This document shows positions 1-10,750 of a stretch of 64,000 bases of DNA, piece after piece. The notes under the pieces were generated by a model, which was given only the letters and a program-made list of their open reading frames with translations, was not told where the DNA came from and searched no databases. The stretch comes from Antechinus flavipes (lineage: Eukaryota), in the NCBI RefSeq assembly GCF_016432865.1, contig NC_067403.1, forward strand, positions 257,858,001 through 257,922,000, written 5' to 3'. The stretch's first letter is position 1, and the number at the start of each line of letters is the position of its first letter. The translations under genes and the position numbers were made by a program.

Positions 1-880
1 CGGCGGCTGAATCAATAAGCATTTATATAGCGCCTTCTGCATGCCGAGTCCCAGGCTAAGCTCAGAGGATACAAAAGAACTTTCAACCCATCGAGAGAAG
101 AAGGAAAGGGAAGGGGATCTGGAGGCAGGGCCACGCCAGGTGGGGAGAGGAGAGCCCTCCTTAAGTGGGGGGGATGAAGGAGGCGCTCAGAGGGAGAGGG
201 GGGGCTCCAGGGAGGGGGATGACAGCCCCCAAGAGACCCAGAAACAGGCAGGCCTTGGCCCTCCCTCCCCCGAGTCCATGCTGGCAGCTAAGCCCTTTCC
301 GTGGTGAGGAGGCTCAGAATCCGGGGGGAGGCTCGGCGCGGTCCCGGGGGGCCTCCGGCCAGCAGCCAGGGTGCCCGAGAGGACTCCGCCATCGATGCCC
401 CGTGTGACCTCAGGTCAGCCACTTACCTGGAGTCTAAGAGACTTTACCTGCAGGTAAGAAAATGACACGGCCAGCCCGAGGATCCTGTCTCAGGCTGGGC
501 TTGAACCCAGACCTCTGCCTTGATGTCCCCATCACCGTCAGGACCACGCGGGGCAGAGGGCGGGCCAGAACCAGCTCCGGCCCCTCTCAGCCGGGCCCTG
601 GGCTGCGGCAGGGGAACCACCCCCCGGGGGAGGGGGAAGGAGCCAGCGGGCCAGGGCGCCACCGGGCGCCTGCTCCCTGGCCCAGCCTTCCCTGTCTCTC
701 CCTGGCTCTTCTCCAGGTGGCAAGGATGGAGTGCTGTCACATGCTGGCTCACGTGACGGGCTGGCAGCCTGAGAGTTGTGGGTCTCTCCGAGAAGACCAG
801 GAGAGTCGCCCGCCTCCCCCTGCGCCCAAGGAGGGCCAGTCACCTCCAGCCCTCCCTGGGGACCCTTCCTGGGGGCAGGA

Positions 881-2799
881 ATGGGGACCTTCCAGGAGAT
901 GGAGGAACAGGCCAGGTGAGCAGAAAGAGGCTGCAGAGGGGGGTGAGGGCCCCCCGAGGGGCCCCGGGCCAGGGCAGGCGGTGTGGGGGCAGTGGGCAGC
1001 CAGGGCGAGGAGGGGGGCGGTGGGCACTGGCTGGCTGCGGGGGGCGGAGGGCAGGGAGGATGCGCTCCTTGCCCCACCCACTCGTAACCCAATCTCCCTC
1101 CTGTCTCCTCAGCAGCTGCACAGAGAAATCTTCCTCCTTTGTTTTGGCTTCCCTGGGTGGGGGCGGGCGCCGGGGGTGGGGCGCAGCCTCCCGGGAGGCC
1201 CCAGAGCCCACCTCTCCCTTTCTGACCCCTGCAGCCCCAGGCTCCCGTCCAGAAGCGCCAGCCTCTGCCCATGAGCTGCCAGGGAGCGAGCGCCGGAGCC
1301 CGAGCGACAGCTCCCCCCTTTCCAGCTCCCAGCTGCACAAGCAGCTCTGCTCGGAGCGAGCCCGGGAGGCCGCGGGCAGGGGTCTCCCCCATCTGACAAA
1401 AGAGGAAACTGAGGCACAGAAAAGGTAAGACATGGTAGAACTCAATCCGACTTAAGAGCAGACTGAGCTGGGCACCCGCTGGGCGCTGGGAAGTCAGAAA
1501 ACCGGCCCTCCCTGCCCTCGAGGACCTTCCAGGACACGGGGGGAGGCTTGTCCACGAGGAGCTGGCGACTTCCAGGGGGAGCAGGTGCGGACAGGCAGGG
1601 GACCAGGAAAGGTCTCCGCGGGCGGCCACGACAATCCCGCCATCGAGCTCGAGGGAGCTGCGCGTTCAGAGGCAGAGGTGGGGTGTGGGGCGCTGGGCGT
1701 AGGGGACAGTCGGCGAGCCTGTCAGACCCGAGCTGGGAGTGCGTCGAGGGGCTGGGAGAGTGAGGGCAGCCTCGGGTCTTCACCGAAGATTTGGGTGGAA
1801 GCGGGAGAGCCCAGAAAGCCTTTGCCACAGTGCCCGGGAGCGGGCAGAGGTTCCCACGGCCGGGTGGCAGAGGTGCCCATGGCTGGGTGGCAGAGGTTCT
1901 CACGGCTGGGTGGCAGAGGTGCCTATGGCTGGGTGGCAGAGGTTCCCACAGCTGGGTGGCAGAGGTTCCCACGGCTGGGTGGCAGAGGTGCCCATGGCCA
2001 GGAGGCAGAGGTGCCCACGGCCGGGTGGCAGAGGTGCCCATGTCTGGGTGGCAGAGGTGGACATGGCCGGGTGGCAGAGGTGCCCACACCCGGGTGGCAG
2101 ACGGGCCCGGGGAGAATCTGCAGGCCTGGGCCTGGAGGTTAGGGGGAGGATAGCAGTTGGGCCGGGGCTCACAGGGGGAAGCGCTTCCCCCTGCGCTACA
2201 GAAAGGGGGAAGCTGAGGAGGGGAGCGGACTGGGGCGGAGGCAACTCCGCCTTGGCTGCCTTGACGGAGACCCAGGGGTGTCCACTGGGAGCGGGCTGAT
2301 GGGAGGAAGTCAGCAGGTACTTGCGTAGGGAGGATAAGGAGCCTTTCAGGAGGTCACTGAGAGAGGCACGGGAGGAAGGAGGCCGGACGGAGCTGTGGGC
2401 GCCCACCCTGAGAAGGTCAGAGAGGGCTGAGGGGGCGGCACAGGGGCCCGGCGAGGGGGCGGGAGGCCGGAGAGAGGAGAGTCTAGGCTGCCAGGTCCTC
2501 CGGCCTCCCCGGCCCCGACACGGGCAGCATGGGATCCTGGCATTGGGAGGCTGCCCCTGGGAGGCTTTTATTTGGCGCCCACTGAAGACCGCGGGGTTGT
2601 CAAAGGGAGCTCTGGGGCCTCTGCCAGGCCAAGGGCTCGGGGCTCCCCCTGACCTTTCCTGGCCCTCCAGGGCGGAGCCAGTGAGGAAAGGAGGAGCCCA
2701 GGCCGGGCCAGGGGGCAGCTGCTCCGGCTCCTGATGCTGCAGGGCCCGAGGACCGGAGGGTCAGGCGTGTACCAGGGACATCTAAGGGCGTGGCCTTGA
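881..2799 (+). CDS. Candidate unidentified spliced gene (about 170 aa, Ser/Gly/Glu-rich); model only
   Basis: Exons 881-915 (ATG in ggaATGg; exon acceptor at 716/717), 1113-1156, 1235-1424, 2202-2316 and 2671-2799 (TGA) join in frame with GT-AG sites and pyrimidine tracts. AATAAA at 2967-2972. No homologue recognised. Confidence 0.3.
1842..2101. repeat. 23-bp minisatellite, about 11 copies
   Basis: Tandem unit GGGTGGCAGAGGTGCCCAYGGCY read directly. Confidence 0.95.
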
Positions 2800-2966
2800 G
2801 GGGCGGCGGGGCCGACTCGGGGGCAGATCCTGCTTCTGGGACTGTCTGGGAGCCGGACAAGGTTAACCTCCCTCACTTGCTGTCTTGGGGGGCGGGGGAG
2901 GCAAGGAAAGGAAGGAGGAAATTTGGAACCCGGGATCTCACAGAAGTGAAAACTCTTTATGTAGAA

Positions 2967-2972
2967 AATAAA
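2967..2972 (+). terminator. Candidate polyadenylation signal AATAAA
   Basis: AATAAA about 170 nt downstream of the candidate stop at 2799; lies in an A-rich patch, so could be chance. Confidence 0.35.
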
Positions 2973-4360
2973 ATATTGTCGATGATATTTGCCAGGAAAT
3001 AGGAAAACACTGAAATAGAAGCGGGGAGGGGGCAGGAAAGAAAGGGTCTGACTCCATCCCTCATCTGCAAGATGGAGCCGATCACGGTTGGGGGGTCTCG
3101 GTCCCAAGGGCCGGAATCCGGGGACACCGCAGGGGGCAGCGGCGCCTCAGAACGGTCAGGGGCATGAAGGGGAGCTGAGATCCAGCACTAGCCCCGCCCG
3201 TGACAAATTACGGCAGAAAGAGCTCTGCGTCGGGGGCCTCGGTTTTCCCCTCTGTAAGATGGGCAGCTGGACCTTCTCCCGGTCCTGTCCCTCAGGTCTG
3301 AACCCGGACACTTGTTCTCCCACTGGGGGCGCTGGCCTGGGAGAAGCCCCGGCCCGGATGATTCATGGGATCCGCTTTCACTCCAGGTCCCAGAGGTTTA
3401 ATTCAGAGCCAGGGCAGGTGCCAGGTGCCTTCTGGGAGACAAGGATGGACTTGAGCCAATCCCGGTCCTCAGGGTGTTCAGTGTTTGTATAGGCTTGGGG
3501 GAAGGGGGCGGGGAGAGTCAGAAAGACAGGCCCGGGAAGGCCTGAGGAGCCAGGACGCCCAGCGGCCAGACACCCAGTGTCCCGTGAGTGCCAGGGAGAG
3601 CAGTCAGGGCGGGCTTCTGGGAGGAGGTGGCAGCCTCAGGGCCAGAGAGGGCTGAAAGGGGCGCAGTGCTGCGGTTCTGGGGCCTCCAGACTGGTTTCCC
3701 GGCTCCAGCTCCAATCAGTCACCATGATTAGGCACCCACTGTGTGCGAGCCACTGAGGACACGGGGATTTTCAGGGGAGGCTCCGGAGCCTCTGCTGACC
3801 CTGCAGGCCAAGGCTTAGGGCCTCCTGCCCTCCAGGAGCCAAGCGGAGGGAAGCCTTCCTCTGGGAGGCGGGATTGTAGTGAGACTCGAGGGGAGCCAAG
3901 GAGCCGTGTCGCCCCTTCCAAGGAGCCCTGAACTCCACAGCGGCCTCAGCGCCCCGTTCCCACTCGGAGAAGCTTCCTCAGGGACTGTGGGATTTCTAGC
4001 GCTCCCATAATGCTGCGTCCGCTAAAGTGGCCGCCCCTGCCTCCGGCTCCCAGGCAGCCCGCGTTTGGGAAGGGCCCCTCAGCTCTGACTGCGCCCCCTT
4101 GTCGGTCCTGCCTGGGCACCGCTCCCGCCTCCAGAGCGGCTCCTTTGCCTCCTCAGGCCTGAGGTCTGCTCCGAGTCGCCAGATCCCAGGGGCCCGGGGT
4201 TTCCCCCAGGGACTGGGGGGAGGCCTGGAGCTCAGTGGAAAGGCCTTGAGTGACAGGGAGCTGGGAAGGTCGTGGAGGTCAGCCCCGAGCCCACCATGTA
4301 TGTTCAGGAAACGCCACCTGTGACCATTATTTTTGTCAGAGCCAGACAGGGAAAGGAGAA

Positions 4361-4630
4361 TCTCTGAACTCCCAGCAACCCCCATCTCTGCACCCCAGAA
4401 TCCCCCCATCTCTGAGCCCCAGCATCCCCCTCCCCATCTCTGCACCCCAAGAATCTCCCCAATCTCTGACCCCCGCATCTCCCCAACCTCTGCACCCCAG
4501 CATCCCCCAATCTCTGAACCCCAGCATCCCATCTCTGAGCCCCAGAATCCCCCCATCTCTGAGCCCCAGCATCCCCCCAACCTCTGCACCCTCAGATCCC
4601 CCCATCTCTGTACCCCCGCATCTCCCGAGC
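4361..4630. repeat. About 22-24-bp C-rich minisatellite, about 11 copies
   Basis: Tandem variants of ATCTCTGAGCCCCAGCATCCCCCC. Confidence 0.9.
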
Positions 4631-4649
4631 CTCCAGGCTCCCTGCCGGC

Positions 4650-6300
4650 TCCGCCGTGGCCCCCGGAGGACATCGGTGTCAGACAGCCCCGGCACTGGGG
4701 GGAGTCACCCCCGTTCTCCCCAGAAGCGGCCCCGGGGGCCCGGCTGGGAGCGCCCCAGGAGCCGCCCGTGATGTCAGGGAGCCGGGCCTGGCCCTGACCT
4801 GGGCTGGCGGCGCGCTCAGGGTAACGGGCTGGCAGGAGGCCCAGACGCCGGTGCCGGGGCTGCGGGACCTGGGGCGGGACTGGAACCGCTGCCGGGACCT
4901 GGCCCCCGAGGCCCCGCCCCCCCTCCGGAAGAGCCCCCGGGGCCGCCCGATGACCGAGCCAGGAGGTCTCTGGCCGGTGGGGGAGGGGCCGCCCGGGAAC
5001 TGCGGGCTCCGGAGCCGGCACAGGCAGGAAGCCTTTAGCCGCCCCCGGGCCAAGAACTACCCAGCCCGGCCCGGCCCCGAACCTTCCCCACTGGCCTGGG
5101 GGGGCCGTGTCCCCGCCTCCCGGGGGCCGGGCCAGCCACCGGCAGGATTTTATAAGCAGCCCGGGAAGGCTGGAGGAGGGATCCGGCCTCAGAGCGGGCA
5201 GGGAAGGGAGGAGGAGGAGGAGGATCGAGGGAGCGGCCCGACCGACACTCGCAGGTAGGGGCCCCGGGCACTGGGAGCACTGGGGTCCGTGCTATCACTG
5301 CGATCACTGGGATCGGGTACGGGATCACTGCGCCCCCTCAGCCTGCCTCCGGGAAGGGCGGCCGTCGGGCTCGGAGCGGCCGGAGCGGGGCCCGCAGCTG
5401 CGGAGGGGGCGCGGGCCGGGGGGCGGCCCGGCTCCGTCCCGGCGGGCAGCGGGCGCGCGTCCCCTTCCCCGGCCGCCTGGCTCTTCCCACGTGGCTCGGC
5501 CCCAGCCAGACGCGGGGGCGTCGGGAAGGGAAGGGAGGAAAGGAACTCGGGCGCGTGTTCCCTGGCTCCCTCCCGGCCGGCCCGGCCTCCCTCCGAAAGT
5601 CCTCCCAGGGAGGAGGGAGGCGCCGGAGGCCGGAACGGGCTCGGCTGTTTTCCCGTAAGAAGCGAGGAAAATCACGGCGGCGGGGGTGGGGGTGGGGGGG
5701 TGGGGGTAGGGACGGGGAGGGGGCTCCGCTTTCTGGCTTGGGGAGCTTTGCTCGGGGTGCGACCAGGGCGGGCTGGGTTCAGATCCCGGCTTTGCGCCTC
5801 CGGAGCTCGGGGAGCGCAGGGCAGTCCTCGGCCGCCCGAGCCTCAGTTTCTCTTTCTGTACAAATGGAGGGACGAGGGGAGGAGGGGCCGACTTGGCCCG
5901 TCAGTTCTAGGAGCTCGGGGGCCGAGGCAGCCGGGGGTTGGGGGAAGCTCTGGTTTTCGGGAGGACTTTGGCGGTCTGCGGGGGGCGGGGAGCTGGGAGG
6001 CTGGAGTCGGCATTTATTAAGCCCCTACTTGGTACCGGCCCCGGGTTCTGGGCGTGCAAAGCTAAAAAGTCACCGGAGAAAGCGTCCCTTGCAGTGTGAG
6101 GGGGCAAAGTGCGGACGGCCCAGCGCGTGGGCCCCTCCCCCTCCAATTGTACTGATGAGGAAACTGAGGCAGACAGCGTTGAAGCAGCTTGCTCGGAGGT
6201 ATTCGCACCCGAGCCGAAGCCAGAGTCCACGACGTTACCGCCGCCCCGATGGGACAATGATCCCTCCAGCGGCTGGAGGGCGGGACTCGGTCTTTAGCCC
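4650..6300 (+). promoter_or_regulatory. ALDH3B1: CpG-island promoter with TATA box and non-coding first exon, probably ALDH3B1 exon 1
   Basis: GC boxes near 4871 and 4913, TATAAG at 5151-5156, strong donor CAG|GTAGGG at 5254/5255. About 7 kb upstream of the first coding exon, similar to the recalled human ALDH3B1 layout. Assignment to ALDH3B1 is inference. Confidence 0.6.
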
Positions 6301-7786
6301 CGGCGGCCGCGACCTTGGATGAGCCCCTTCCTGCTGGTTTTCACTTTCACTTGGAGAGGTCTCTAATCAGTCTTGGATTAAATCACTCTTGGATTCCCCG
6401 ACGTGGGGCTGCTCCTCCCACCTCTCCTGGGCAGGGACAGGGAGCAGCCGGTCCTTGCTAACAGGGGGCCCGAGGCCCCGGGGCCTCCCGCCGGAGCCAG
6501 AGGGGCCTGGGCCGAACTGCAGGCCTCCCCCTGCCCCGGCGCCCGAGGCCAGGTGTCCTTTGGGAGCAGCAGAAAAGCAGAGCAGGCGGCTCGGGCCTCG
6601 TCCCCACTGCCACCTAGTTCCCGGCTCCGGCCTCATCCCTGGCTCCCTGCTGCGGCCTGGCCCCAGCTCCGGCTTCGTCCCCACTGCCAGCCTCCTTCCC
6701 TGGCTGCAGCCTCGTCCCTGCCCCCAGCCTCGTCCCCACTGCCGGCCTCCTCCCTGGCTCCCTGCCCCCGGCCTTGTCCCAGCCGCCAGCCTCCCCGCTG
6801 CGGCCTGGCCCCGCTCCCCGGGCGGCAGGGGCTCCGCCACCTTGCGCCTTCTGGCTCGGAGTTTGCTCTGGCTCAGACCTTCCTGGAGGTCACAAGCCTT
6901 TGGATTGAAAGGAGGAGCCGGCAGAGTCCCCTACAGCCCAACCCCCAGAAACCAGGAGCCCAGAGGCAGCCAGGGGAGCCTGGGCCGGGGATGGGGCCAG
7001 TGCCAGGCTTGGAGGCCCCCGCCCCCTCGGCCTGCGGCAGGGCCTGACCACGCAGCTCCTGCCTGTGTGTCCCGGGCCTGGGGCCGGCGGAGGGGGCGTG
7101 TGTCAGCCGAGGGATGAGGGGCAGGGGGGCCGAGCGCGGGCACGAACGCTGGGGCCGGGGGCGTCGAACCCGAAACGGGCGTTTCTTTGGAGGACTCGGA
7201 AGGCGCTGGCCCCTCTGGAGCAACCAAGTGATTCAGCTCCAACTGTCTCGGGCAGAATTAGGAAGTGGGCGCCTCTGGGCCGTGGCCCTGGGGAGGCTCC
7301 CGGGGGCGGGACCTTCCTCCCTCCCCCCTTCCCCAAACACTGGGGCTGGCTCCTGGAAACGCAGAATCGCCCAGTCCACGTCTGAGCTGGGATTCCCACC
7401 AGGCTCTGCTTGTAACCCTCCAGCGACGGGGAGCTCGCTCCCTCTGAGGCTGCCCGCTGCCTCTACTTTTCCAGCTCCAGGATCTCTTCTTCCCTCTCGC
7501 TCTTCCCCTGGCCTCTGAGAAGAGAAAAAGCCCAACATTCGGGGTACATCTGCCCCTCCTGGGGCCGGGCTTTCTGGTCTCCCCGACACCCCTCCTCCCA
7601 CCTCCTGGACACCCTCCCCTCCCTCCCCCCCATTTGTCAGCACCATTCCTCCTCTGGAGCCCAGCCGGGCCCGGGACAGCGGGACCCGCGTCCTGACCCC
7701 GATGCTTTGTGAGAGCGGGATCCGACTTCAGGGTGGAAGGTTTCCAGTGCAACTATTTCCTTTTTACATTTAAAGAAACTGAGACT

Positions 7787-7930
7787 GGAGCAGCTGGACG
7801 CCGCAGTGGAGAGAGCACCGGCCCTGAAGTCAGGAGGATCCGAGTTCAAATCCGGCCTCAGCCGCTTCCTAGCTGTGTGACCCTGGGCGAGTCACTTGAT
7901 CCCAGTTGCCTCAGGGGAAAAAAAAGAAAA
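7787..7930 (+). mobile_element. WSINE1-like tRNA-derived marsupial SINE
   Basis: GGAGCAGCTGG...CAGTGGAGAGAGCACC...GAGTTCAAATCC (A/B boxes), CTGTGTGACCCTGGGC core, A-rich tail. Confidence 0.85.
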
Positions 7931-8104
7931 ACGAAACTGAGACCTAAGGAGAGGTTCAGTGATTGACCTTAAATCTAAATAGTGAAGCCATGACTTGAAC
8001 TCCAGAGCTCTGCTCGCTTAGAGCCGGGAGGGAGCACTTTCTGTGCACCAGGCGTGAATTAAGTATCCTGGAATGACGAACAAGGAAACAAAGAGCTTAC
8101 ATCT

Positions 8105-8280
8105 TTTTTTGTTATTATTTTTATTTATTTACTTATTTAGTTTTCGCTGAGGCAGTCGGGGGTAAGGGACTCGCCCAGGGTCACACAGCCAGGCAGTGCT
8201 AAGTATCTAAGGTGAGATTTGAACTCAGGACCTCCTGAATTCAGGGCTGAGGCTCTGTCCACTGCGCCCCCTAGTGGCCC
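8105..8280 (-). mobile_element. WSINE1-like SINE with 16-bp target-site duplication
   Basis: Reverse-complement SINE with T-rich tail. TSD CAAAGAGCTTACATCT at 8089-8104 and 8281-8296. Confidence 0.9.
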
Positions 8281-8859
8281 CAAAGAGCTTACATCTCGAT
8301 GGGAAAAGATTCTATGCTTAAAATGGGCACCTTCGAGATACAAAGTCTGGGTTAACCTGGGGGGGAGGGGAGGGGGGATGCCGAAGATTGTTTCTAGGAC
8401 AAAGACCCGGAGATGGGCAATGACGTGATGTGCAAGGAACGGCGAGTAGCCCCAGGCTGGCTCAGAGCGCGCAGGGAGCTAACGGGGAAAAGGCTGCGAA
8501 GGTGACGAGCCGAGTTACCAGAGAGTTAACGAGTTTCTCTCGGGTCCTAGAGGCAACAGGGAGCCAGTGAATGTCGCTGCTGAGTGAAGGGGTGACGTGG
8601 CCGCCCCAGACCTTAGGAAACCCCCGTGGCAGCTGTTCAGAGGAGAGAGTGGAGCGGGGAGCGACTGGGCAGCGGCTGGGAGGCTGTTACAAGAGTGAAG
8701 GCCAGAGCGGGGGAGGCCGGACTCGGAGGGGACTGGGAACTATCCCTTACAATTCTCAGCTTTTTTCCCATAGGAACTACTGATTAATATCTTCTCTGAG
8801 GAACCGATTGTGTCTGAAAATCGCTCTCTCTCTCCTCTCCCTTCTCATTTCTTCTCTGT

Positions 8860-9186
8860 NNNNNNNNNNNNNNNNNNNNNNNNNNNNNNNNNNNNNNNNN
8901 NNNNNNNNNNNNNNNNNNNNNNNNNNNNNNNNNNNNNNNNNNNNNNNNNNNNNNNNNNNNNNNNNNNNNNNNNNNNNNNNNNNNNNNNNNNNNNNNNNNN
9001 NNNNNNNNNNNNNNNNNNNNNNNNNNNNNNNNNNNNNNNNNNNNNNNNNNNNNNNNNNNNNNNNNNNNNNNNNNNNNNNNNNNNNNNNNNNNNNNNNNNN
9101 NNNNNNNNNNNNNNNNNNNNNNNNNNNNNNNNNNNNNNNNNNNNNNNNNNNNNNNNNNNNNNNNNNNNNNNNNNNNNNNNNNNNNN
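8860..9186. other. Assembly gap (N run)
   Basis: 327 N next to a CT-rich tract. Confidence 1.
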
Positions 9187-10259
9187 GAGGGTTTTCATTT
9201 TCATTAGCAGGAGATCTGTTTTCTATAGAAATGTATCACGCGGTTTCTTAATCGAGGAGGGGGATAAGAGAGAATCTATAACAAAAAATTTACAAAATGT
9301 AAATTTGTTTTGAATGTACCTGGGGAAAATATTAAATACATAAGTTAAAATTAATAATAATAACAATAATATCTTCCCTGCTCTGGTACTTGGGGGGGTG
9401 ATCCCCGCTTCACCCAACCCAGGCAGGTGGATAAATGGCAGTCCCGTGGATAGCATAGTGTTGCACCAGGAGAGCATTTGGTTCGGAGCCACGGGATTCT
9501 CTTTAAGCCAAACCTTGGTTTCTGCAGAGCAGGAAGCCCCAGAGCACGGACACCGTTAGGTGTCGGGGACACTTAGGGTCGGGGACAAGGAAGCTTTTAG
9601 ACCCTAATTGTGGCTCTAAGCCATGTTGGGAATACCGCCAGAATCATAGAAACGGAATCTTTTTCGGGCGACAGCTCGGTCACCGGATCTCTTAAAAACA
9701 ACCAAAACGGCCCCTCGGTACCCGGTTACCCGAGGAGCAGCCAGCAGGCAAGCGTCCCTTCTGCGGCCCGGCAAGTCTGTCACTTATTTTCTCCTCGGCT
9801 CCTGGTTCGCAGAACAGCTTTGGGGGATGTTCCTCCAGCGAGTGGAAACACTTGTGTTAGTGATTTTCGAACACATTCGTGTCGCTAATTTTCATGGACT
9901 AGCCCAGGGCCGGGGTTGGGGCCGCCAGGCCCTGCACAAGGGATAGCGGGAGCTTAAGGGCTCGGACCCAGCCGGGTGTGCTTTGGCGGGAGAGAAGGTC
10001 AGGAATCCAAGGTGGGATTTGATGGCGGATTTTCTGGCAGAGTGATGGAGGAGCATAGATATCATGAAGGGGTTTTTCCCTGAGATGGAGGAGGGGCTGA
10101 GAAAGCTTCCCAGCAACCCTCCCCCCTCTCTCACTCTTGCTGGTAATAATCCAGTAGAATATCCCAGCAGGAGACGGAACAGGGGAGAATCCCCCGGCAA
10201 TCGCGGGTTTGTGGTCAATTTCATTTGTCTGTGTCATTGATCTATTTCAGAAAGAATCC

Positions 10260-10750
10260 CCTGCTGGCTGCTGACTGTCACTGCACCCGGTGTCTACACT
10301 GCTCACTGGTCTCAGAATCCACTTGCTGTCACTGCACTCAGTGTCTACACTGCTCACTGGTCTCAGAACCCCCTGCTGACTGTCACTGTACCCGGTGTCT
10401 ACACTGCTCACTGGTCTCAGAACCCCCTGCTGACTGTCACTGTACCCGGTGTCTACACTGCTCACTGGTCTCAGAGCCCACCTGCTGACTGTCACTGCAC
10501 CCGGTGTCTACACTGCTAGCCGGCCTCAGAACCCACCTGCTGATTGTCACTGCACCCGGTGTCTACACTGCTCACTGGTCTCAGAGCCCACCTGCTGACT
10601 GTCACTGTACCTGGTGTCTACACTGCTAGCCGTCCTCAGAACCCACTTGCTGACTGTCACTGCACTCAGTGTCTACACTGCTAGCCGTCCTCAGAATCCA
10701 CTTGCTGACTGTCACTGCACCTGGTGTCTACACCACTAGCCGGCCTCAGA
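10260..10750. repeat. 54/55-bp minisatellite, about 9 copies (putative ALDH3B1 intron 1)
   Basis: Unit CTGCTGACTGTCACTGCACCCGGTGTCTACACTGCTCACTGGTCTCAGAACCCC; period 54 measured from 10373 to 10427. Confidence 0.95.

Noticed and set aside
8808-9313. ORFs spanning N runs (also 12772-13314)
   Set aside because: Artefacts of translating assembly gaps.
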